Assembly: GCA_035255085.1 (NCBI GenBank)
Contig: DATEZY010000093.1
Location: forward strand, 15,183 to 79,182
Reading direction: 5' to 3'
DNA: 64,000 nt
Source of the DNA: Azospira sp.
Lineage (GTDB): Bacteria; Pseudomonadota; Gammaproteobacteria; Burkholderiales; Rhodocyclaceae
Position numbers and translations under genes: made by a program. The notes beneath the pieces were generated by a model. It was not told where the DNA came from. It did not search any database and worked only from the letters and a program-made list of their open reading frames with translations. Numbering within the stretch: the stretch's first letter is position 1; each line of letters begins with the position of its first letter. This document shows positions 10,355 through 19,793 of the stretch, in pieces.

Positions 10355-11839
10355 ATGGTGGCGGAAGCAATGAGCGTGCTGCATGTCAGTCTGGGCGTGT
10401 TGATTGCCCTGGCGCTGGCGGCCTGGCTGGTGTACTGGTACGTGCAGGACATCACCCAGAAGCGGCACACGGTGCTGCGCAACTATCCGGTGGTCGGCCA
10501 CCTGCGTTATTTCTTCGAGAAGCTGGGGGAGTATTTCCGCCAGTATTTCTTTCTCAACGACCGGGAAGAGCGGCCCTTCGACCGTTCCACCCGGGCCTGG
10601 ATCTACCGCCTGGCCAAGAACGAGGGCGGCATCCTGGGCTTTGGTTCCACCTACGATCTGCATCAGACCGGCGCCATCCTCTTCGTCAATGCGCCCTTCC
10701 CGGTACTGGAGGAAGAACGCCTGCCGACCCCGCCCTTGCTCATTGGCGAGGGCTGGTGCGAGCAGCCCTTGGTCGGCCGCTCCGTGATCAACATCAGTGG
10801 CATGAGCTTCGGCGCCATTTCCGAACCGGCGGTGCGGGCCCTTTCCAAGGGGGCGGCCATGGCCGGCTGCTGGATGGATACGGGGGAGGGCGGTCTCTCC
10901 CCCTACCACCTGGAGGGCGGGGCAGACATCATGTTCCAGATCGGCACCGCCAAATACGGCTGCCGGGATGACCAGGGGCGTCTGTCCGAGGCCAAGCTGC
11001 GGGAGGTGGCGGCCTACGACCAGGTGGGGGCCTTCGAGATCAAGCTGGCCCAGGGCGCCAAGCCGGGCAAGGGCGGGGTGTTGCTGGGGGCCAAGGTGAC
11101 GCTGGAGATTGCCGCCATTCGCGGCATTCCTGTGGGCCAGGATTCCCTGTCGCCGAACCGGCACCTGGATGTGGCCAACATGGAGCAGCTGCTGGACATG
11201 GTGGAGCGGGTGCGGGATGTGACCGGCAAACCAGTGGGCATCAAGACCGCCATCGGCGGCTGGGAATTCATGCACCTGCTGAACGATGCCGTGCTGCGCC
11301 GGGGCTTGCACAGTGCGCCGGATTTCCTCGCCATCGACGGTGGCGAGGGGGGCTCCGGCGCGGCGCCCCAGGCCCTGGCGGACCACATGGCCCTGTCCAT
11401 CATGGAGGCCTTGCCCCGGGTGGTGGATGCCCTGATCGAGGCGGATCTCAAGGGGAGGGTGCGGGTGATCGCCGCCGGCAAGCTGGTGACGCCGGCCAAG
11501 GCGGCCTGGGCTTTGGCCTGTGGCGCCGATTTCGTCAATTCGGCCCGGGGCTTCATGTTCTCCCTGGGCTGCATCCAGGCCTTGCGTTGCCACGCCAATA
11601 CCTGCCCCACTGGCATCGCCACCCACAACCCGCGCCTGCAGCGAGGCCTGGTGGTGGAGGACAAGGCGGAACGGGTGGCAGCCTATTGCCGCAACATGGG
11701 CAAGGAGATCGACATGATCGCCCACTCCTGCGGTCTGCGGCACGCCCGGGAATTCCGCCGCGAACATGTGCGCATCGTCCAGCCCAATGGCAACAGCATT
11801 GCCCTCAATTCCCTCTATCCCTATCCGCAGCAGGTTTAG
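10355..11839 (+). CDS. FMN-binding glutamate synthase family protein (stand-alone, N-terminal TM)
   Basis: SGMSFGAIS, DTGEGG, EIKLAQGAKPGKGG, DGGEGGSGAAP, GCIQALRCHANTCPTGIAT (3Fe-4S). The ORF-track extension over nadC is spurious. Confidence 0.9.
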   Translation: MVAEAMSVLHVSLGVLIALALAAWLVYWYVQDITQKRHTVLRNYPVVGHLRYFFEKLGEYFRQYFFLNDREERPFDRSTRAWIYRLAKNEGGILGFGSTYDLHQTGAILFVNAPFPVLEEERLPTPPLLIGEGWCEQPLVGRSVINISGMSFGAISEPAVRALSKGAAMAGCWMDTGEGGLSPYHLEGGADIMFQIGTAKYGCRDDQGRLSEAKLREVAAYDQVGAFEIKLAQGAKPGKGGVLLGAKVTLEIAAIRGIPVGQDSLSPNRHLDVANMEQLLDMVERVRDVTGKPVGIKTAIGGWEFMHLLNDAVLRRGLHSAPDFLAIDGGEGGSGAAPQALADHMALSIMEALPRVVDALIEADLKGRVRVIAAGKLVTPAKAAWALACGADFVNSARGFMFSLGCIQALRCHANTCPTGIATHNPRLQRGLVVEDKAERVAAYCRNMGKEIDMIAHSCGLRHAREFRREHVRIVQPNGNSIALNSLYPYPQQV

Positions 11840-11863
11840 CTGCATTCGTCCCGGGGCGGCGTT

Positions 11864-13381
11864 CTACTCCTGTCGGCACCAGTCGTTGAAGACGGCCCGG
11901 GCGGCCAGGGCGGTTTCGGAGGCTGTGAGGCCGATGGGGCCGGTGCCGCTGGCCGCCAGATGGTCGGCGGCGGTGCCATGGAGATGCACGGCGGCGAGCA
12001 GCGCCGCCAGGGGCGGCCAGCCCTGGGCCAGCAGGGCCAAGGCCAGGCCGGTAAGTACATCCCCCTGGCCGGCGGCGGCCAGGCCCGGGTTGCCGCTGGT
12101 GTTGATCCACCAGGCGCCCCCCGGCGCGGCGACCACGGTGCCGCAGCCCTTCAGGGCGGTCCAGGCATTGAACTGGCGCGCCAGGGCTTGGGCGGAGGTA
12201 ATGCGGTCTGTCTGAACTTCCGCCACGCTGACTCCGAGCAGGCGCGCCGCTTCCGCCGGATGGGGGGTGATCAGCAGCGGGGCCTGGCGGGTGGCGGCGG
12301 CCACGGCCAGGGGCTCTTCCATGGCGAGGAGATTGAGGGCGTCGGCATCGAGCACCAGGGGGAGCTCGGTGGCCAGGGCCCGTTCCAGCAGAGGCAGGGC
12401 TTCCCGGGCGGTGGATAGGCCGGGACCACAGGCCAGGGCAGTCAAGGGGGCGTGGAACAGGGCCTCCGGCATGCGCAGCATCAGTTCCGGTTGTAGTAGA
12501 TCCACACTGGGCCGCCCCGGATCGAGCAGGCCAGCATAAATCCGGCCGCAGCCCAGGGTCAGGGCTGCCCGGCCGGCAAGGAGGGCCGCACCGGTCATGC
12601 TCGGCGCACCACCCAGGATGCCGGCGCTGCCGTAGCTCCCCTTGTGGCTGTTGCGTTGCCGGGGGCCAAGATGGCTGGCGAACAGCGCCGGGGCGATGCT
12701 GTTGCCCTCCGGCCCTACCAGCAGGGGAGCGTTCAATTCGAGACTGGCGACAGTGGTATGGCCGCAATAGTCCGGGCCATCCAGGGTCAGGAGGCCGGGC
12801 TTCAAGGCGATGAAGGTGAGGGTGTGGCTGGCCCGGATGGCGCAGCTGCGCACCACGCCGGTGTCGGCATCCAGGCCCGAGGGACAGTCCAGGGCAAGAA
12901 GGGGGCAGCTATCCCGCAGGCTCAGATGGTTGGCCTCGTGGATCAAATTGGCGTAGGCCCCCTCGATGTTCCGTTGCAGGCCGATGCCGAACAGGCCGTC
13001 GATGATCAGGCCCCAGGGGGCGGTGTCGGGGATGGCGTCCAACAGTTGGCCGCCGGCGTGGACAAAGCGCTCCAGGGCTGCCTGGGCATCCTTGGGCAGG
13101 CGCTCGGCCTGGCCGGCGAACACTAGATGAACCTTGAAGAAGCGGGCCTGCAGGTGACGGGCAGCTTCCAGGGCGTCACCGCCATTGTTGCCGGGGCCAG
13201 CCAGGATCAGGATGGCGGCTCCGTTATCGCGGCACAGGCTGGCGGCCAGGTCGGCTGCGGCCAGACCGGCCCGTTGCATCAAGGGCTGGCCGGCCGCGGC
13301 CGCCTCGAGGGCACGGAGGCCGCTGGCCCGATAGAGAGGGTAGGGGGGGCTTGGCGCCGCTACAGTTTTTGACGAGGTCAT
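11864..13381 (-). CDS. nnr: Bifunctional NAD(P)HX epimerase/dehydratase
   Basis: GPGNNGGD, DGLFGIG, DCPSG, HKGSYG, LDADALN, TPHPAE, AGQGDVLTG. Confidence 0.93.
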   Translation of the reverse strand: MTSSKTVAAPSPPYPLYRASGLRALEAAAAGQPLMQRAGLAAADLAASLCRDNGAAILILAGPGNNGGDALEAARHLQARFFKVHLVFAGQAERLPKDAQAALERFVHAGGQLLDAIPDTAPWGLIIDGLFGIGLQRNIEGAYANLIHEANHLSLRDSCPLLALDCPSGLDADTGVVRSCAIRASHTLTFIALKPGLLTLDGPDYCGHTTVASLELNAPLLVGPEGNSIAPALFASHLGPRQRNSHKGSYGSAGILGGAPSMTGAALLAGRAALTLGCGRIYAGLLDPGRPSVDLLQPELMLRMPEALFHAPLTALACGPGLSTAREALPLLERALATELPLVLDADALNLLAMEEPLAVAAATRQAPLLITPHPAEAARLLGVSVAEVQTDRITSAQALARQFNAWTALKGCGTVVAAPGGAWWINTSGNPGLAAAGQGDVLTGLALALLAQGWPPLAALLAAVHLHGTAADHLAASGTGPIGLTASETALAARAVFNDWCRQE

Positions 13382-13413
13382 GAGGCGATTCTAGCCGGGA
13401 TTTCCCTCGGATT

Positions 13414-14310
13414 TCAGCCAAAAAATTGTTGGGCGATGGCCACGGTGCGGGCGTGGATGGCGACGGTGTCGCCGATGTTCCGGGCGTAGCCACCGGCCAT
13501 GGCGATTGCCACTGGTATGTTGTGGGCCCGGCAAAGCCCCAGCACCCGCTGGTCACGGGCAGCCAGGCCGTCGAAGGAAAGGCTCAAACGGCCCAATCGA
13601 TCTCCCTGGTAAGGGTCTGCTCCGGCGAGATAGATGACCAGCTCGGGATCGCTTCGCTTCATGGCCTGTGCCAGGGCGTCATCCAGGGCCTCCAGGTAGT
13701 CGGTGTCGCCGGTGCCATCGGGTAATTCCACATCCAGGTCGCTGCAGGCCTTGTGGAAGGGGAAATTCTTGGCGCCGTGGAGAGACAGGGTGAAGACGCT
13801 GGGATCTCCAGCCAGGATGGCGGCGGTTCCGTCGCCCTGATGCACATCGCAATCGACCACAGCGATCCGCCCCGCCCGTCCCTCCGCCTGCATGGCCCGG
13901 GCGGCCACGGCGGCATCGTTGAAAACACAGAAGCCGGCGCCGAAGGCTGCGTGGGCGTGATGGGTACCACCGGCCAGGTTGATGCCGCATCCCTCCGCCA
14001 GGGCCGTGCGGCAGGCGGCCAGGGTGGCTCCAGCGGAGCGGCGGGAGCGCTCGACCATCTCCGGCGTCCAGGGAAAACCGATACTCCGGATTTCTTCCAG
14101 GGTGAGTTGGCCGGCCAGAACCCGCGCCACATAGCCTGGATCGTGGGCCCGGCACAGCTCCTCGATGCTGGCCGGCTCCGGCAGGTACAACGCTTCCGGG
14201 GCTACTCCCTGGGTCAGGATTTCATGGCGCAGGGCCGCGTACTTTTCCATGGGGAAGCGGTGGCCACTGGGGAGGGGCAGAACGAAGGTGTCCGAATAAT
14301 AAAGTTTCAT
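13414..14310 (-). CDS. Zn-dependent histone deacetylase family protein
   Basis: [40 protein letters not shown]. Confidence 0.92.
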   Translation of the reverse strand: MKLYYSDTFVLPLPSGHRFPMEKYAALRHEILTQGVAPEALYLPEPASIEELCRAHDPGYVARVLAGQLTLEEIRSIGFPWTPEMVERSRRSAGATLAACRTALAEGCGINLAGGTHHAHAAFGAGFCVFNDAAVAARAMQAEGRAGRIAVVDCDVHQGDGTAAILAGDPSVFTLSLHGAKNFPFHKACSDLDVELPDGTGDTDYLEALDDALAQAMKRSDPELVIYLAGADPYQGDRLGRLSLSFDGLAARDQRVLGLCRAHNIPVAIAMAGGYARNIGDTVAIHARTVAIAQQFFG

Positions 14311-14477
14311 GACAATCAGTGAATTAAGGCGTGAATTTCATTATTCATGTGACAAATAGCCTTGTTTCCAAGGAAGGTAAAAGTTATGGTTTATGATTGT
14401 TGCAAGAAGGTAACAAAATGGCGTCGACATTATGTTGGCGGCACTAACAAAAACAAGTTTTCCGCCCCTCTGAATTC

Positions 14478-16559
14478 ATGCCTATCAAGTTGCCGCTCGC
14501 CCGGTTTTTGGGAATCTCCGCAGTCTTTTTTTCGTCGTCCCTGATGGCGGTTGAGGAAATCCTGCTGTCGGAAAACGATGTACTTGGCGATGTGCCCATG
14601 GTGCTGACCGTTTCCCGCCTGCGCCAGGCTGTTGCCGATGCTCCTGCGGCGGTAACGGTGATCGACCGGCAGATGATCCGGGATTCCGGCGCCTGGGACG
14701 TGACCGATGCCCTGCGCCTGGTACCGGGCATGTATGTGGGCAGCAGCGCCGATAATGGCGTGTTCGTCCCTAATTCCACAGTCAGTTACCACGGTATGGC
14801 TGATGCCTATTCCCGGCGCATGCAGGTGCTGGTGGATGGCCGTTCCATCTATACGCCGCTGTTTGGCGGCCCGATCTGGAGCACCCTGCCGATTTCCCTG
14901 GATGACATTGAACGCATCGAGGTGATCCGGGGCCCCAACTCCGTCACTTACGGTGCCAATTCCTTCCTGGGGGTAATCAACATCATTACCCGGCATCCGG
15001 CCGAGACCCTGGGAGATTCGGCGTCCCTTGCATCCGGAACCCCGGGTAACGATATGACTTACCGCCATGGCGGCCGCAACGGGGATCTGGATTACCGCGT
15101 CACCATGGGCTATCGCCAGGATCGGGGAATTACCGAGGTGCCGGAGCCGACGCGTACGCATCCGACGGTGGATCCACGCTACGACAACAAACGCCTTGGC
15201 TCCTTTTCCTTCCGTGGCGATTACCAGGTGAATTCCCGGGACAGTCTGGAGACCCAGGTTGGTTATTCCAATGGTTTGCATCAAGCCGGAAATATAGATG
15301 ATGCCTCGAACAGCCATCGGCAAAACCGCCTGGAGAGCCACTACGCATCCTTGAATTGGCAGCGCAGTTTTTCGGCGGATGAGCAGGTTTCGGTTCGGTT
15401 CTATACCAATCGGGATGCCATGGGATTCGACCTGGGCAATCCGACATTGCCAGCCCCCTTGAACGAGCCGGTCACCATGTGGGCTGAACGCTATGACCTG
15501 GAGGCTGAGCATACCCTGGCCCCCAGCGCTACGACGCGATTGGTGTGGGGGGCGGGAGCACGGGTGGATCGGGTGAGCAGCCTGCTCTATCTGGGCCGTT
15601 CCGATGCCGTTTCTTTCCGCCAGAACAACCTGTTCGCCAACCTGGAGTGGCGCCCGCACCGTCAGTGGGTGCTAAACGGTGGGGCGATGGTGGAGAACAA
15701 CAGTTTTACCGGCACTCACGTTTCACCCCGCTTCGCGGCCAACTTCCATGTCGTTCCCGGTCATACCCTGCGCCTCAGCGCTACTCGGGCGACCCACACG
15801 CCGGTAATGCTGGAGCAGCAGTCTTCTCTTGTGGCATCTTTGCCCGTTACCCAGGCCGGGCCCCTATTTGGCATGAGCGCGTCGCTGATGCCGTATTGGT
15901 TGCCGAAGTTGACGAAACTGTGTTCGGGTCCCGTTTGCCGATTTGCCGCCTATGTGCCGTCCGATTCGCTCAAGTCAGAAACTATCTATTCTCGGGAGAT
16001 CGGCTATGTCTGGGAGTTCGCCGGCGGCAGCCTGGACCTGAAACACTCCCTGGACCAGCTCGATGACTTGATCGAAACCTACAGTTTGACCGTCGGTGCG
16101 CCTTATTTTCCCGGGACCGCATCCAGCTTCCGCAATGGAGGGAAATCCACGGTACGGTCCACCGAAGCTCAGCTGCAGTGGCATTTCGATCAGCACACCC
16201 GGATATTCGGCAGCTGGACCGAGACCAGGATTAGCGGACAGTCGCTGAAGGATACCCCTTACCCCGACTCGGCCCCGTTCCATAGCTACAATCTGATGCT
16301 GGCCCGGGATTTTGGATCCTCTTGGACGGCCAGCCTGATTCACTATCATGTGGGTGCGGTTACCGCCCTGGGCGATGGCGATCCGGTGGAGGCTTATTCC
16401 CGTACCGATCTCCGCCTGGCCAAGCGTTTTTCCGTCGGGGCGACCCGGGGCGAGTTGGCGTTCGTGGTGCAGAATCTGGCCGACCACAAGTACCTGGAAT
16501 TCCTGGCCGACAACCAGATTGGCCGTCGCAGCTTCGCGACTCTGCGGCTTGATTTCTAG
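14478..16559 (+). CDS. TonB-dependent receptor
   Basis: Signal peptide; TonB-box-like MVLTVSR; plug motif DIERIEVIRGPNSVTYGANSFLGVINIIT; SPRFA; C-terminal Phe (LRLDF). Confidence 0.92.
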   Translation: MPIKLPLARFLGISAVFFSSSLMAVEEILLSENDVLGDVPMVLTVSRLRQAVADAPAAVTVIDRQMIRDSGAWDVTDALRLVPGMYVGSSADNGVFVPNSTVSYHGMADAYSRRMQVLVDGRSIYTPLFGGPIWSTLPISLDDIERIEVIRGPNSVTYGANSFLGVINIITRHPAETLGDSASLASGTPGNDMTYRHGGRNGDLDYRVTMGYRQDRGITEVPEPTRTHPTVDPRYDNKRLGSFSFRGDYQVNSRDSLETQVGYSNGLHQAGNIDDASNSHRQNRLESHYASLNWQRSFSADEQVSVRFYTNRDAMGFDLGNPTLPAPLNEPVTMWAERYDLEAEHTLAPSATTRLVWGAGARVDRVSSLLYLGRSDAVSFRQNNLFANLEWRPHRQWVLNGGAMVENNSFTGTHVSPRFAANFHVVPGHTLRLSATRATHTPVMLEQQSSLVASLPVTQAGPLFGMSASLMPYWLPKLTKLCSGPVCRFAAYVPSDSLKSETIYSREIGYVWEFAGGSLDLKHSLDQLDDLIETYSLTVGAPYFPGTASSFRNGGKSTVRSTEAQLQWHFDQHTRIFGSWTETRISGQSLKDTPYPDSAPFHSYNLMLARDFGSSWTASLIHYHVGAVTALGDGDPVEAYSRTDLRLAKRFSVGATRGELAFVVQNLADHKYLEFLADNQIGRRSFATLRLDF

Positions 16560-16565
16560 ATATTC

Positions 16566-17555
16566 ATGCCATTCTTCCCACCCTTCCGAGGATTGCTGCA
16601 GCCGCGAGCGCTATGTCATATCGCTTTGGCATGGTTGCTGGCGCTCCTGGCGGGGCTGATACCAGTTCACGCGGCCCGAGCGGCCGATAGCATCGCCGTA
16701 GTGCTGAGCGAACGGGGCGGGGTCTATGGGGAATATTTCGACGCCTTGAGTGCCAATCTGGCCCAGGTGCCGGGGCGCAAGCCGCTGAAGCTGGTTGGCG
16801 TGGCGGGAGAGCGGCTGGATGAAGCGGAACTGGCCGGCGCATCCCTGGTGATCGCCGTCGGTGCCAATGCCAGCCGCACCTTGGCGCGCATGGATAACGT
16901 TGCTCCGGTCTTGAGCGTCCTGCTTCCCAGGCTGGCTTTTGAACGCATTGCCAGTGAGAGTGGCCGTGTCCGCCAGAGGAACACTTTTTCCGCCATTTTT
17001 CTCGATCAGCCCCTGGGACGGCAGCTGGGACTGTTGCGCCATGCCCTGCCGGGCCGCAAGCGCCTGGCGGTGCTGCTCGGACCGGAATCTGCCACGCAAC
17101 TGCCGCGGTTACGGAGCGCCGTGGCCAGGATCGGCCTTGAATTGCAGACCGAGCAGGTGGCCGCCGAGGCCGACATCATCCCGGCCCTGAATCGCCTTCT
17201 CCCTGGCAACGATGTGCTCCTGGCCCTGCCGGACGGGGTGGCTTATAACCGGGATACGGCCCGTCCCATTTTGCTCACCACCTATCGCCATCAGCGACCC
17301 TTGCTGGGTTTTTCCCAGGCCTATGTGGCGGCCGGCGCTCTGGCGGCAGTCTATTCGACACCGGCCCAGCTGGCCCGCCAGACCGCCGAATTCCTGCGTA
17401 CATTGCCCCCAGGACGGGCAGCCCTGGGGGCGCCCCAATATCCGACCTATTTTGGGGTGGCGGTGAATCGCAACGTGGCACGCTCCCTGGGTCTGGATAT
17501 CCCGGACGAAGCTGCTCTGCGGGATGCTTTGGAGCGTGGGGGGGACGGGGAATGA
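16566..17555 (+). CDS. Periplasmic substrate-binding protein, ABC_sub_bind-like
   Basis: Signal peptide; LLALPD..AYN, GFSQAYVAAGALAAVYS, VAVNRNVARSLGL; no permease or ATPase adjacent. Confidence 0.75.
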   Translation: MPFFPPFRGLLQPRALCHIALAWLLALLAGLIPVHAARAADSIAVVLSERGGVYGEYFDALSANLAQVPGRKPLKLVGVAGERLDEAELAGASLVIAVGANASRTLARMDNVAPVLSVLLPRLAFERIASESGRVRQRNTFSAIFLDQPLGRQLGLLRHALPGRKRLAVLLGPESATQLPRLRSAVARIGLELQTEQVAAEADIIPALNRLLPGNDVLLALPDGVAYNRDTARPILLTTYRHQRPLLGFSQAYVAAGALAAVYSTPAQLARQTAEFLRTLPPGRAALGAPQYPTYFGVAVNRNVARSLGLDIPDEAALRDALERGGDGE

Positions 17556-19705
17556 GGCGCGGCATGGGCATCCGTCAACGGGCAGTGCTGCTGGCTCTGG
17601 TGCCGGCAGCGCTGATCGCCAGTGCCCTGGCATTCTATTATTCCTTCCACGGCCTGGCGACGCTCGACGCCGAACTGCAGCGCCGGGGCATGACCATCGT
17701 CCAGTACCTGGCGCCGGCCAGCGAATATGGCGTGATTTCCGGCAATGGCTCCAGCCTTCAGGCCTTGGCCCAGGCCGCCATGCAGCAGCCGGATGTACGC
17801 GCGGTGGTGATTGCCGATAGTCGGGGACGGGTGCTGGCCATCAGCGGCCGTACCACCATCCAAGCCGATGTCCTGGAGCGGGAGGGTAAGAGCGAGGGCT
17901 TGCTGGCTTCGGGCCCCGACTGGTTCGCTTATGGCGCTCCCATCTTGCGTAGCCGCCTGGAAATTGACGACTTCCAGGACTTCAACCTCAGCCCCCGGCC
18001 GAATGGAGCAGTTAGTGCCGATCTGGTGGGCCATGTATATGTGGAAATTTCCAGTGGGGAATTGCGGCAGCGCAAAATCGAATTGCTGCTCAACACCCTG
18101 TTGATCCTTCTCGGCGGCCTGCTGGTGACGGCGATCATGGCCATGCGCCTGGTGCGCAGTGTGACCCGCCCCGTCCAGCGCCTGGTCCAGGCCGTGGGGC
18201 AGATGGCCGGGGGGAATCTGGAGGCCCGGGTTGCCCAGAGCTCCGGGGGGGAGCTGGGGGACCTGGAACATGGCTTCAATCACATGGCGACCCGGCTCCA
18301 GGACCTGCATGACACGATGCAGGAGCGCATTGCCGACGCCACGGCCCAGTTGGCCCATCAGGCCTCCCACGATCCGCTGACCGGTCTCATCAATCGTCGC
18401 GAATTCGAGCGGCGTGGGGAGGCAGCCCTGTTGTCGGCCCGGGACGAGGGGGAGCGTCACGTCCTCTGTTTCGTCGATCTGGACCGCTTCAAGATCGTCA
18501 ATGACACCAGTGGCCACGGGGCCGGGGATGAGTTACTGCGCCAGATTACCCACCTCCTGCAGCAGCGGGTACGTAGCCACGATTTGCTGGCCCGCCTGGG
18601 AGGGGACGAGTTCGGCATCCTCCTGGAAAATTGCAGCCTGGAGGATGCCACCCAGGTGATGGATGCCCTGCGCCAGGCAGTGGAGGCATATCGCTTCGCC
18701 TGGGGTGATCATGTGTTCAGCATTGGGGCCAGTATCGGCCTGGTGGTCATCGACCGGCAGGTGAAATCCCTGGTGGAAGCCATGGCTGCCGCCGACCAGG
18801 CCTGCTATGCCGCCAAGGAATTGGGGCGTAATCGCATCCATGTGTTTCAGGTAGGGGATCAGGAACTGTCCCGGCGCCAGGGGGAGATGGACTGGGCGAG
18901 CCGCATCGCCACTGCCCTGGAGGAGAAGCGCCTGTTGCTCTATGCCCAGCCGGTGGTACCCCTGGTGACCGGGGCTGGGGCAGGCCTGCGCTTCGAGGTC
19001 TTCCTGCGACTCCTCAGCGAGCAGGGGGAAATGGTCATGCCCGAGACTTTCCTGCCCGCCGCCGAGCGTTTCGACCTCATGCCGGCCCTGGATAAATGGG
19101 TGATCGAGGCCGCCTGTCTCGGCTTGCGACGCCTGCTGGAGCGGGGCAGTCAACACCAGCTGCTGTGCGCCATCAACCTCTCGGCCCAGAGTGCGACCCG
19201 TCCTGAAATGTTGCATTACATCGGGGCGCAACTGGCTCGCCATGGCATCCCTCCGGCTGCCCTCTGTTTTGAGCTAACGGAGGCGGCGGCCAGCCATAAC
19301 TTCTCCGAGGTCGTCAGCTTCGTCCAGGGCCTGCGCCACCTAGGGTGTGGCTTCGCCCTGGATGACTTCGGTAGTGGCTTGTCCACCTTCACCCATCTGC
19401 GCACACTGCCGCCGGATTACGTCAAAATCGGCGGCAGTCTGGTGCGGGATATGGCCGATGACCGGATCAGTCTCACCCTGGTGCGTGCCATCCATGACAT
19501 TACCCGGCAGATGGGCGTCATGGCGGTGGCGGAAAATGTGGATCGGGCCGATACCTTTGCCGCCTTGCGGGAGGTCGGCATCGAGTACGGTCAGGGGCAT
19601 TGGTTCGAGTCGCCCCGGCCTTTCGAGGATTGGCTCTCCGGCTGTGAGGAGCGCTTCGCCAAGCACGGGGAGGGTTTCTATACCCTGGCCCCGGGAAGGT
19701 CCTGA
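17552..19705 (+). CDS. Membrane sensor: BarA/GacS-like periplasmic region, HAMP, GGDEF, EAL
   Basis: 2 TM; HAMP (RPVQRL...ELGDLEHGFNHM); RSHD I-site and GGDEF; EVFLRL, ELTE, DDFGSG; ATGA overlap with the binding-protein gene. Confidence 0.9.
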   Translation: MRRGMGIRQRAVLLALVPAALIASALAFYYSFHGLATLDAELQRRGMTIVQYLAPASEYGVISGNGSSLQALAQAAMQQPDVRAVVIADSRGRVLAISGRTTIQADVLEREGKSEGLLASGPDWFAYGAPILRSRLEIDDFQDFNLSPRPNGAVSADLVGHVYVEISSGELRQRKIELLLNTLLILLGGLLVTAIMAMRLVRSVTRPVQRLVQAVGQMAGGNLEARVAQSSGGELGDLEHGFNHMATRLQDLHDTMQERIADATAQLAHQASHDPLTGLINRREFERRGEAALLSARDEGERHVLCFVDLDRFKIVNDTSGHGAGDELLRQITHLLQQRVRSHDLLARLGGDEFGILLENCSLEDATQVMDALRQAVEAYRFAWGDHVFSIGASIGLVVIDRQVKSLVEAMAAADQACYAAKELGRNRIHVFQVGDQELSRRQGEMDWASRIATALEEKRLLLYAQPVVPLVTGAGAGLRFEVFLRLLSEQGEMVMPETFLPAAERFDLMPALDKWVIEAACLGLRRLLERGSQHQLLCAINLSAQSATRPEMLHYIGAQLARHGIPPAALCFELTEAAASHNFSEVVSFVQGLRHLGCGFALDDFGSGLSTFTHLRTLPPDYVKIGGSLVRDMADDRISLTLVRAIHDITRQMGVMAVAENVDRADTFAALREVGIEYGQGHWFESPRPFEDWLSGCEERFAKHGEGFYTLAPGRS

Positions 19706-19793
19706 AGGCCTGCTGCTTTTTCTCGACTTTCGCCTTGAACCTTGGGCCTCAAGCCGTTATTGTGTCGCCCAAATAATTTCAGGGGGACGGGGC

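Noticed and set aside
19731-19760. Possible sigma28 promoter (ttgaac...gccgttat) before the 19794 ORF
   Set aside because: Spacing and the -35 element do not fit TAAA-N15-GCCGATAA.
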